Positions 23,510 through 34,303 of a stretch of DNA of 34,303 bases are shown piece by piece (the stretch's first letter is position 1; each line of letters starts with the position of its first letter). The stretch lies in contig NC_068992.1 in assembly GCF_001194135.2 (NCBI RefSeq), forward strand, positions 32,676,912-32,711,214, read 5' to 3'. The position numbers and the translations under genes are program-made. The stretch is from Octopus bimaculoides. Lineage: Eukaryota. Under the pieces are notes generated by a model. The model was not told the DNA's origin and did not search any database. It saw nothing but the letters and a program-made list of their open reading frames with translations.

Positions 23510-24644
23510 TATCATAAATCCTCGAGTATAATCAGCATTTTCCCCCCAAATTTAAAGGTCAAAATCCCTAGTGCGTACTATATACGAGGTTAAAAATTAA
23601 AAATATTTTCTATGCAATGTCCGAGTCTCTATTTGCTGTCCGGCAATGTTTATTCAGAGGCACTTTGTGATGCTGGGCGCGAAAATACCTTAAGCTAAGC
23701 CTGAAAACAATGAAGTCATAAAAGAATCATCTATAACTTGCAGTAAGCAACATTTATGAAAATAAAAGTATTCAGAACACAGAATAACATGTAGCAAAAA
23801 CAATTTGCAAATATATTCCCATTCCCATATAACAGTTAAGAACATCACCATTATTGTATTACGCATGCGCGGAAATGTTTGTTCGACTAGGTGCTGCTGG
23901 CTTCATAACGCACGAATTGTGCTTAATAGTTTAGCGCTAAATAGTTCATCCTGCTGTTTGTATTGGCAATTTGAATCATTATTGGGGCAAACAATAGATA
24001 CCTAATTAAATACCAGCATTAAATGTTTGAACTACTGTGGGCCTTTACTGAGGTTTTTTTATAAGCGAGACTTAAACCTGTACATTAATCTCCAATAAAA
24101 CATTTTATACATCACATGCCCATAAAATGCATCGTAGATCTTATTCAGTTATGTTTACATTTGAAGTTATATCATATGTTGCAGAGCATGTAATAGGGCT
24201 GCCGGCGGAAAATTTGATGTTAACGACCTGACTTTGATATGCAAATGGATCGTGTATGCAGGAAATGAACTTGATCCCGAGATTATTGTGAAAAGTTTTA
24301 TCAAATGCTGTATATCGTCTCCACTGGATGGTACTCAGGATGACGTTGTATGGAAAGATGAAATAAATGAAAGTGAATCTTCTGATGTTGACTATGAATA
24401 TGACGATGACGGAGATTTACACTACAATGATGCTGACATGTTTAGGAGGAACAAATGGAACAGTTACTAGATGCTGAAAGTTACGTTGAATTTGAAGGAT
24501 TTGAATAAATGTTTTTGCTTTTACTTAATATTTATTTTTCAATGACGTTATTACTGTTGTTTCTTTATTATCTGCTAACAAAGTGCACAAAAAGCTACAC
24601 ATTTGCATTATGTTATATATACAATAATAAAGGACGTTACCGTA
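23510..24644 (+). mobile_element. Internally deleted pogo-type (Tc1/mariner superfamily) DNA transposon
   Basis: Left end resembles a pogo TIR region (TA-TCATAAATCCTCGAGTATA...GTGCGTACTATATACGAGG). From 24127, MHRRSYSVMFTFEVISYVAEH/NRAAGGKFDVND (pogo N-terminal HTH) joins LICKWIVYAGNELDPEIIVKSFIKCCISSPLDGTQDDVVW plus an acidic tail (pogo C-terminus). The right TIR is only weakly recognisable. Confidence 0.7.
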
Positions 24645-24648
24645 TGTG

Positions 24649-24746
<98 letters not shown>

Positions 24747-24770
24747 TGTATGTACGTATGTATATATGTA
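24645..24770. repeat. (TA)n(TG)n microsatellite
   Basis: Direct inspection. Confidence 0.95.
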
Positions 24771-25744
24771 TCTGATAATAAATGAATATATAGGCATATA
24801 TTAAGAAAGTGTAGAGGGAAGAATAATATGGACAAGGATGTCATACACTGGACTGTCCAATATTTCACTTGTTATTGGATATAAAGTTTTAAATACGATA
24901 AACAAGTAAATAATATTTTATGATATTAGAATGAATTGAGTATACTTAACTGTGTACAAAGTATAGTTCAGCAGAAGCTGAGAAGTCAAATGTAAGTAGA
25001 AAGTGTTCGTAGTATATCAGATAATTAGCTTAAATTATGCAAATATATTTCTAATTTAGTGCAAGCATCTCACCTTAAGTTTCCATAATTCAACGCATCA
25101 AACCCTTCGCTCATATCTATCATTTGAATAGGGTAATGCACATGTTACTATTTTCCAGGTAATTTAGAATCTAATTTTCTTGTTTCCAACTTCACAAATT
25201 TTCTCGGTAACTTAGCAGTAGCTCTATTACCTTTATTAAAGGTATAAGAAAGATTATATAATCGCTGCTTAAATTTGCAAGAAGTTTAACTGCTGTAGGG
25301 AAATGCTGTTAAATTAGTTATCAAATCACATCTATTGATAATAGTTTCAGTGTGGCACAAAATTTTGGGAGTGTACAGAAGTTTATTTTTACAATTACGT
25401 AGTTTAAGTGTGTTATAGACTATCAGTGTTATTGGAGGATCACGGAGAGTGCCTTACTCGTATTACTTAGGCTTACGTAAGTGTTGACGGGTTTGTGAAT
25501 ACTGGTAGTATCACATTCATTGTGATGGTGATAGTTAATATAGTTACTTAGATTATCAATAGCTATATAAACATCATGTATATTAGAATCATTGCGGGCG
25601 CTATTGAGGTTGGTTTCGCCATTATCAGGATTAAATTGTATATCGTCATATAAACTATTACTGCTACTCTGTCACTGTTGCTACTAGTAGGACAGCTGGT
25701 ACTGCTAATGAAGAGCTAATACAGTTAGAGATTGAAGTAGCGAC

Positions 25745-25912
25745 TATTATTGCCATAGCTGTGAATGTTAAGATTGTAATTATAATCAATATTACTGCCG
25801 TTACAACTGCCATCATAATTATAATTATAATTACAATTATAATTAGTATTACCGATTGTATCACTACAATTATTATAATTATAATTATTATTATTATTGT
25901 TGTTGTTGTTAC

Positions 25913-25982
<70 letters not shown>

Positions 25983-25989
25983 GTTATTA
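25745..25989. repeat. (ATT)n microsatellite with degenerate left flank
   Basis: Pure ATT run preceded by degenerate trinucleotide units. Confidence 0.9.
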
Positions 25990-26154
25990 GGCGTCGGAGT
26001 GGCTCTGTGGTGAGTAGCTTGCTTGCGAACCACATAGTTCCGGGTTCAGTCCCACATCGTGGCAACTTGGGCAAGTGTCTTCTAATATAGCCTCAGGCCG
26101 ACCAAAGCCTTGTGAGTGTATTTGGTAGACGGAACCTGAAAGAAGCTCGTCGTA
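25990..26154 (+). mobile_element. tRNA-derived SINE, family B (5' part, runs into gap)
   Basis: A-box-like TGGCTCTGTGGT, B-box-like GGGTTCAGTCCC and a CORE-like CTTGGGCAAGT motif; collinear with 28647-29040. Confidence 0.85.
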
Positions 26155-26853
26155 NNNNNNNNNNNNNNNNNNNNNNNNNNNNNNNNNNNNNNNNNNNNNN
26201 NNNNNNNNNNNNNNNNNNNNNNNNNNNNNNNNNNNNNNNNNNNNNNNNNNNNNNNNNNNNNNNNNNNNNNNNNNNNNNNNNNNNNNNNNNNNNNNNNNNN
26301 NNNNNNNNNNNNNNNNNNNNNNNNNNNNNNNNNNNNNNNNNNNNNNNNNNNNNNNNNNNNNNNNNNNNNNNNNNNNNNNNNNNNNNNNNNNNNNNNNNNN
26401 NNNNNNNNNNNNNNNNNNNNNNNNNNNNNNNNNNNNNNNNNNNNNNNNNNNNNNNNNNNNNNNNNNNNNNNNNNNNNNNNNNNNNNNNNNNNNNNNNNNN
26501 NNNNNNNNNNNNNNNNNNNNNNNNNNNNNNNNNNNNNNNNNNNNNNNNNNNNNNNNNNNNNNNNNNNNNNNNNNNNNNNNNNNNNNNNNNNNNNNNNNNN
26601 NNNNNNNNNNNNNNNNNNNNNNNNNNNNNNNNNNNNNNNNNNNNNNNNNNNNNNNNNNNNNNNNNNNNNNNNNNNNNNNNNNNNNNNNNNNNNNNNNNNN
26701 NNNNNNNNNNNNNNNNNNNNNNNNNNNNNNNNNNNNNNNNNNNNNNNNNNNNNNNNNNNNNNNNNNNNNNNNNNNNNNNNNNNNNNNNNNNNNNNNNNNN
26801 NNNNNNNNNNNNNNNNNNNNNNNNNNNNNNNNNNNNNNNNNNNNNNNNNNNNN

Positions 26854-27468
26854 ATTTTGAATGTTTCTCCATTTTTTTTTAGGGAAACGTTGTCATCTGC
26901 TGGTATTGATACATCAATTAGAAAGCATTTTTTTTCTTCATGATCTTTGACAACTATATCTGGTCTATTTGCCTTAATTTCTCTATCTGTGTGTATTGGC
27001 ATATCCCAGTGTATGGTTGCTTTCTCGGCTTCTGTGACCTTTTCTGTCGTGTGTTTATACCATCTTTTTTCTGTTGTTATTCCATAGTGTTGGCATAGCT
27101 TCCAGTGTATATAGGTCCCAGCTTTCTCGTGTCTGTGAATATATTATTTCTTAGCCAGGTCTGGGCAGCCAGAGATAATATGATTTATTGTTTCTTGTCC
27201 ATCGCCATATATTCTGCAGTTACTTGTTATGTTTCCTTTCATTATATGTTTTTAGTAATTTCTGGTGGGGAGGCTTTGGTCTTGCGCAGCAATTAAAAAT
27301 CTTTCAGTCTCTGCTTTGAGTCCTGAGCGTCTCAACCATTGCTGGGATTTTTCTCTGTCTATTTCTTTTGCATTTACTTTAGCCAAGTATTTACCATGTA
27401 GGGGCTTTTCTTTCCATCGTTTTATCATGGTCCGTTGCTGTTCTAGTTTTAGTTTGGATTTCATTTGT
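26854..27468 (-). mobile_element. 3' part of an R4/Dong-like non-LTR retrotransposon (zinc knuckle plus restriction-like endonuclease)
   Basis: WKEKPLHGKY...WLRRSGLKAETERFLIAAQDQSLPTRNY, CRIYGDGQETINHIISGC (CCHC with a C>Y change) and HWDMPIHTDREIKANRPDIVVKDHEEKKCFLIDVSIP (PD..D RLE motif). Two in-frame stops. Confidence 0.85.
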
Positions 27469-27478
27469 NNNNNNNNNN

Positions 27479-27640
<162 letters not shown>

Positions 27641-28171
27641 ACATAAATACAAAATTTACCACTTTTATGAAAGGAGATAATTTCTATCACATATGTTGAA
27701 GGAAATTACGTGAGAGTTTCTGGGTAAACAACATTCTTCGTTTTTTGGTTTGGAGCGTAGACAAATAAATATTGTAAGCTACCAACCCTGAGGAAACGAA
27801 CATAAATTCGACCATGAGAAAAGCAAGCCAGTAGATTTCAAAGTCTGACCTTGAACCTTATTAATAGACATTGCGAGGCAAGGTTGCACTGGGAATTGTG
27901 TTCATTTGAACTCAAATGGCATGTTTACTGGTTTTATTGGAATTCTTGGAATGAAAATTTGTTCCCCAAGGTACATCGAATGATGATTTATTACTTATTA
28001 TAAAATATAATAAAATAAATTATCTAAATTGCAAAACAATTTTTGCTAAACGAGGATTTGCAATGGTTAAAGAAATTTTATCTTGTTAAATTTCCCTCTT
28101 TATTTATAACTTTATATTTGAATATTTGGGGTGGTTTTTGTATGTGAGTATGTGTAAGTGTGTGTGTGTGA

Positions 28172-28285
28172 GTGCGCGCGTTGTGATAAGTAACTTGCTT
28201 CTTAACATTGTTCTGGATTCAGCGGTACTGCATGACAATGCGTGTCTTCTACTATTGCCTCGGGACGGCCAAAGCCTCGTCAGTG
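28172..28285 (+). mobile_element. Degenerate 5' fragment of SINE family B
   Basis: GTGTCTTCTACTATTGCCTCGGGACGGCCAAAGCCTCGTCAGTG matches the 26075-26118 region of the 25990 copy; a decayed tRNA-like head lies upstream. Confidence 0.6.
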
Positions 28286-28646
28286 TCATCATGAAGCTCA
28301 TCTGCTTATTTCAGTATGTCATATATAGATATTATATTTCAGTTAGTTATGGATATGAGTTGAACATTCTTGAAAATATTTTTGAAAGCAATTGCTTATC
28401 AATGCAGCTAATTGGACAAAATATTTCAGGTATTAGTTATTCACTATTACACGTGTTACACTTGCTAATAGGAATTACATAACTGCACATGTAGGAGATG
28501 AGTCTCATATTTCTCCGACTGTACAATTTTGTAACTTCTAATAGCAACTGAAACATGTATGATGGTGCATATATACCATTTTTCCTGTGTCACGTTATAC
28601 ATACGTATATATATATATATATATACATACATACATATACATATAA

Positions 28647-29040
28647 GGCGAGGGCGTGGTTGTGTGGTCAGAAATTTGCTTCCCAAGCACATAGTACCGG
28701 GTAAAATCCCACTGCGTTGCACCTTGGGCAAGCGTTTCCTGCTATAGCCTCAGGCCGACCAAATCATTGTGACTGGATTTGATGTACGGAAATTGAAAGA
28801 AGCCCGTCGTATATACATGTGTGTGAGTATGAGTTTTTATGACTGTGTTTGTCCCCTCCCACCACTGCTTGACAACCAGTATTGGTGAGTCTATATCCCC
28901 TTAACCTCGCGGTTCGGCAACAAACCAATATAGTAAGTTTCAGGCTTAAAAGTAAAGTAAGTACAGGGACTAAAATTCCTGAAAGTGGTATCCTAGCAGG
29001 GCCACAGTCTAATGACTGAATCAGTTAAAAGATAAAAGAT
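28647..29040 (+). mobile_element. Full-length tRNA-derived SINE, family B
   Basis: tRNA-like head, CACCTTGGGCAAG core, central TA/TG-rich linker and a 3' tail ending in (TAAAAGA)n. Confidence 0.85.
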
Positions 29041-29586
29041 ATATATATATNNNNNNNNNNNNNNNNNNNNNNNNNNNNNNNNNNNNNNNNNNNNNNNNNN
29101 NNNNNNNNNNNNNNNNNNNNNNNNNNNNNNNNNNNNNNNNNNNNNNNNNNNNNNNNNNNNNNNNNNNNNNNNNNNNNNNNNNNNNNNNNNNNNNNNNNNN
29201 NNNNNNNNNNNNNNNNNNNNNNNNNNNNNNNNNNNNNNNNNNNNNNNNNNNNNNNNNNNNNNNNNNNNNNNNNNNNNNNNNNNNNNNNNNNNNNNNNNNN
29301 NNNNNNNNNNNNNNNNNNNNNNNNNNNNNNNNNNNNNNNNNNNNNNNNNNNNNNNNNNNNNNNNNNNNNNNNNNNNNNNNNNNNNNNNNNNNNNNNNNNN
29401 NNNNNNNNNNNNNNNNNNNNNNNNNNNNNNNNNNNNNNNNNNNNNNNNNNNNNNNNNNNNNNNNNNNNNNNNNNNNNNNNNNNNNNNNNNNNNNNNNNNN
29501 NNNNNNNNNNNNNNNNNNNNNNNNNNNNNNNNNNNNNNNNNNNNNNNNNNNNNNNNNNNNNNNNNNNNNNNNNNNNNNNNNNNNNN

Positions 29587-29710
29587 GAGAGAGAAAGAGA
29601 GAGAGAGAAAGAGAGAGAGAGAAAGTGATGAATATATATCTATATATATATATATATATGTGTGTATGTGTGCGTGTGTGTGGGCGTGCGTGCGTGTGAG
29701 TGTGTGTATG

Positions 29711-29744
<34 letters not shown>

Positions 29745-29756
29745 CGCGTGTGTGTA
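29587..29756. repeat. (GA)n, (TA)n and (TG)n microsatellites
   Basis: Direct inspection. Confidence 0.9.
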
Positions 29757-29788
29757 ATTACAATAATAATAATAAGTAACCATAACAG

Positions 29789-30510
29789 AATGAGATCCTT
29801 AAAGCTAGTGGATTTAAAGAGGAAATAGCTTACACACCTTCGATTAGACCAGAAATAAAGAAAGTAAACATAGACACAGGAAAATTATCTGGTCCACACT
29901 CCACTTACTCCCCTGAAGTGACCTTTAATTTAGGTAAATATTTCTTGTAACCTATAGATAGACATTTTCCAATACATCACAAATATAGAAAAAATTTCAT
30001 AGGCATAACGTAAAAATTTTAGTTTCACCCCAAGCTTTTAAAGCATCATTACACACAATGCAACACAACACGAAACTGGCTGTTCCTGTTTGGATAAAGA
30101 CTTGTGGCCGCTAAATCGAGCCTCTATGAACGAGTCCATTATTTACAAAGCCAATATAAATTCTACAAACGCTAATAATACAGTTTCATCAACGAGATAT
30201 GTGGGTCTCACAAAGGGAAATTTCAAAGCAAGATTCAACAATCACACCTTAAGCTTCAGACACTGGAATAAACGGAAAACTACCAAATTATCCAGTTATA
30301 TATAGTTCTTAAAAGAACAATGTGTCAGCTACAGAATTTACTAGAAGTTCTTAACCAAGTGTAAACCTTATACCAACGGTAGTGGTGAGGGCGGTATTTA
30401 TAATATGGAAAGATGGCTCATATGGAAAAGTTTCTTGGATCCCGCTACATGTTTAAATTAAAGAACTGAACTTTTTATCATGTCCACATGTCACAAAATA
30501 TCTGTTAAAG
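29789..30510 (+). mobile_element. Decayed 3' part of a second Penelope-like element (Neptune-type linker plus GIY-YIG endonuclease)
   Basis: NEILKASGFKEEIAY, RKIIW, NLGKYFL.PIDRHFPIHHKYRK..RHNVKI, SIIYKANI...RYVGLTKGNFKARFNNHTLSFRH...TKLSSYI, KCKPY and CLN.RTELF. Order and spacing fit a PLE C-terminus; stops and frameshifts are present. Confidence 0.8.
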
Positions 30511-30639
30511 TTTTAGGCGCACCTAGAATCACAACTGGAATCCACATATTTACTATGTTCCTGCAAAGTTTCCCATATGATTTAGCTTCCATTATTTTTT
30601 TTATTTTTTATATATTTTTTTTTTCCTTTTCCCCTTTTA

Positions 30640-31016
30640 AGTGTGTGAATGCGTACGTGTGTGTGTGTATGAATATGAATGTATATGAGTGTAAGACTGT
30701 GGTAGGTGCATATGTGCGACTTTTATGCACACGTCCTCTTCATTTATACGGATATGCATATATTTGTATATATGCGGATGTAGGTGTGTGATGGAAGGGT
30801 GTATATATCTATCTACCTATATATATATGTGTGTGTGCGTGTGTGTGTGTGTACATATATATGTATGTGTATCTGGGTGTATATATATATATATATATAT
30901 ATCTATATATATATATATATATACGTATAAATGTCTAAATATATATGTCTTATGTTACGTGTATGCATGTGACCACCTGTGTGTATATGAGGATATATAT
31001 ACATGTGTGCGTGTGG

Positions 31017-31047
<31 letters not shown>

Positions 31048-31140
31048 AGGACATGGGTGTATGTATGAGTACGTACATAAACATATAAATATGTGTGTGT
31101 GTGCATGTACGTATACATGTTTGTATGAGTGTGTACGTAT
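30640..31140. repeat. Degenerate TA/TG low-complexity tract
   Basis: Direct inspection. Confidence 0.85.
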
Positions 31141-31339
31141 GTAGACGTTGTGAATGTAGGAGGTTTTTATCTTTTTCTTTTTCTCTTTTTCTACCTATTA
31201 GAGTAACTTACCTTTTATTCAACGGTTTTTTTTCATGCCGTCTCTTGCCATAAAGAGCCGACGAGAATGTATCGTAATTTTTCACTCCGGCATTCGAATA
31301 CTATAATGACAACCTTTTATTGTTTGTTCTAAATTATAA

Positions 31340-31975
31340 CATATATATATAAATATATATACACGTGTGTGTGTGTGTGTGTGTCTGTGTGTGTGTGTGT
31401 GTGTGTGTNNNNNNNNNNNNNNNNNNNNNNNNNNNNNNNNNNNNNNNNNNNNNNNNNNNNNNNNNNNNNNNNNNNNNNNNNNNNNNNNNNNNNNNNNNNN
31501 NNNNNNNNNNNNNNNNNNNNNNNNNNNNNNNNNNNNNNNNNNNNNNNNNNNNNNNNNNNNNNNNNNNNNNNNNNNNNNNNNNNNNNNNNNNNNNNNNNNN
31601 NNNNNNNNNNNNNNNNNNNNNNNNNNNNNNNNNNNNNNNNNNNNNNNNNNNNNNNNNNNNNNNNNNNNNNNNNNNNNNNNNNNNNNNNNNNNNNNNNNNN
31701 NNNNNNNNNNNNNNNNNNNNNNNNNNNNNNNNNNNNNNNNNNNNNNNNNNNNNNNNNNNNNNNNNNNNNNNNNNNNNNNNNNNNNNNNNNNNNNNNNNNN
31801 NNNNNNNNNNNNNNNNNNNNNNNNNNNNNNNNNNNNNNNNNNNNNNNNNNNNNNNNNNNNNNNNNNNNNNNNNNNNNNNNNNNNNNNNNNNNNNNNNNNN
31901 NNNNNNNNNNNNNNNNNAGAGAGAGAGAGAGAGAGAGAGAGAGAGACGTATGCATATATATATATATATATATTC
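31340..31975. repeat. (TA)/(TG)n and (GA)n/(TA)n microsatellites flanking N-gap 31409-31917
   Basis: Direct inspection. Confidence 0.9.
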
Positions 31976-32329
31976 ATTTATTTATTTATAAGGTTAAGAG
32001 TTATGAAGTATGGTTATTGCATATTGAACGGCAACGTATACAAGAAAAATATTCAACTATGAAGGGATGCTGTGGAGTATGGGTCTTCAGTGTAGACAAC
32101 AGCTGCAAATGCAAAATCTCAATTAGGTTAGATTTACTAAGGTAAGGATACTTCGTTTAAATCAATGAACGAAGCTAAGCGAAAGTGCCTAATACAAGGT
32201 AAATCTATTTACTAAATGATATCCTCTGAAGTCCTCTGTTTAGCTATTTCTCACTCTGACATTCTCCGTAACCCAACGAAATAATAACAAATATAAAAGA
32301 AACAACTATTGAAAAGTAGTAGCTATAAC

Positions 32330-32334
<5 letters not shown>

Positions 32335-32379
<45 letters not shown>

Positions 32380-32412
32380 AGTGGCGGTGGTGGTGGTAGC
32401 AGTAGTAGTAGT
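32335..32412. repeat. (AGT)n/(GGT)n microsatellite
   Basis: Direct inspection. Confidence 0.9.
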
Positions 32413-34259
32413 TATATGACTATCCATTCGTCACATATGTTACCAAACAATAAAGCAAATGTTATTTCCCTATATATATATATATATATACCACTCTATT
32501 ACTGATGAAGTTCAAAGCATGATCAAAGCATGTCTAATGTTGTGACTGTAACTTTGACAATTACACTCGATCCCCATTGCATTTCATTTTAAATTAATTT
32601 TAATTAAATAAAATTAGACGATTGTCTCCACATTTTCTGACCAGAATCAATTATACAGGTAATTATCGTTCTCGTGACTAAAGACGCAATTTTAATTAAA
32701 ACCATTTGCTTACCACAATCACACCTGGTATACAGTCTCCCGCTTAACTATATAGTAACATATAATTTGTTTCAAAATTTCATCTGATTTCATGTTGTCT
32801 ACTGCAAGAATAAATTACATTGAAAGACTTGTTTGTTTCGTTGATGGCAGATTCCGCTTCAGTCTCGTTGTTTCCTTATTCATCCTTATTTCACATTTCT
32901 TTAACTAACATTTACTTTAAAAGACCTCACTGTAACATTTGCTTGATTTTCATTAAAATCTCTTTAGTTGTTTTTCATAATGAGTTCCATATTCCTTCAA
33001 CCCATGTTTGCTGCTCAACAGGACATCATCTTTTTTACCAAATACATTAGCTTGCTGTTTTCTCTTTCTCTTTCGACTCTTGCTCAGACGTTCATGTTCA
33101 CTCTACTCCTGTTTCCCACCACGTCATCGGCATCTCCTTTTCGCCTTTCTCTCTTTCTTTCATAAACTCTCTCCTAGATATACAGAGTTATATATGGCTC
33201 TTTTCTGCATCTTCTGCATATTTGCATTATCGTCAACTAAGTCACCTTACTTCCTACCAGGCGATGAAATTGTGCTGAAAACACTAAAGCCATAGAAATA
33301 AAAATAATGACATTTTGCCCCCCATTGAAATTAATTTCCTACTGATTTGTTTAGCTTCCTATGTGCGCGTGCATATTTAATATCTATGAGACAACTCAAC
33401 TTTACTCGGAAAATGTTACAGAAACAACACCAGGTCATAAAACCGGGAAAATATTTACAAAGATAGGTTTGAACATATTTGTAATTATAAATGAAACCCC
33501 ACGTTCAATACTACTACGAGGCAGTCTTTTCTGACATAATCGAAACCTCACTGTTTCGTGAGTTAAATTTGGCCATAGAAGCTCTGCTAAATAACATTAG
33601 ATACATGTTTGTGTGTGAGTGTCTGACCACGCGTCGGCATTCGTGTATGTTCTGTGTGTGTCTGTAAATGCGTATGTGTGTACGTAAAGGATCGTATGCT
33701 TATAGTTTCACCATTCTATACCTATTATATTTCGAAAAGGTTACAACGCCTAGGACCACAAAATTCATCGAGTTATATTAGATTTTTGTTAATTTTGTCG
33801 CCATAAATGCAGTTTTCCAGTGAAAGACCGCTTGCAACATGTAATGAATTACATTCGTGCTTAGCTTACAAAATGTGATATGAAGTAAGAGAAAATTGGA
33901 AGCAGAAATAGATATCAAAATTCTTCTTATCGAAAAGTTTTCACTCTCTTAGCAATATTTATCTCTAAACATTTTGCTCAGAAGTATAAGCTGTGCTCTT
34001 GGCCCTATCTTTATGTGTATTTAACTATCTATCTATCTATCTATTACGTAGCTAGCTACCTATTGTCTATCATTCTATTATCTTTTAATCTTTCTATCTC
34101 TTTTCATCCACAGAAGACGCACACCGATCGGCTTCAGAAATTTTTAAGATATTAAAATATATTTTTAACATAAAGGCAATGGTAGCTTTAATACACAAAA
34201 TAAAAAAAATATTACCTCTAATGCGATGTTGAGCACATATTTTCATTGTTCGACATTTA

Positions 34260-34262
34260 CAT

Positions 34263-34303
<41 letters not shown>
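34260..34303. repeat. (CA)n microsatellite
   Basis: Direct inspection. Confidence 0.95.

Noticed and set aside
25664-26090. Poly-Ile/poly-Asn ORFs, and similar poly-His, poly-Arg, CV/HT/YI ORFs elsewhere
   Set aside because: Direct translations of microsatellites.
31259-31305. CCGACGA-GAATG...CATTC-GAAT hammerhead-like string downstream of the second PLE
   Set aside because: Stem II pairs, but both core boxes are mutated and no stem I or III is present.
32800-33300. Purine-rich minus-strand stretch that looks like decayed coding sequence
   Set aside because: All frames have several stops and no recognisable domain.

Overview
AT-rich, microsatellite-dense eukaryotic intergenic or intronic DNA with seven N-gaps. 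The SINE families and repeat landscape resemble an octopus/cephalopod genome (inference from recalled repeat families, not from a search). No host protein-coding gene can be supported; most ORFs in the track are microsatellite translations or read through Ns. The window is a graveyard of mobile elements: a 5'-truncated CR1-type LINE (13366-14776, -), a decayed Ty3/Gypsy pol (about 17400-19705, -), a Penelope-like element (PLE) with RT and the start of a GIY-YIG domain (20578-about 22800, -), an internally deleted pogo-type transposon (about 23510-24644), an R4/Dong-like LINE 3' part (26854-27468, -), a second, different PLE fragment (about 29789-30510, +), three tRNA-derived SINE families and a MITE-like inverted repeat (3984-4284). 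The most interesting signal is a set of minimal hammerhead ribozyme motifs. One is near-intact (14945-15012, -), one forms the tail of a tRNA-headed SINE that also has an inverted piece of its own tail beside its head (10933-11278), and two are related decayed copies (5470, 32497). Together they suggest short, ribozyme-tailed elements that parasitise Penelope retrotransposition.
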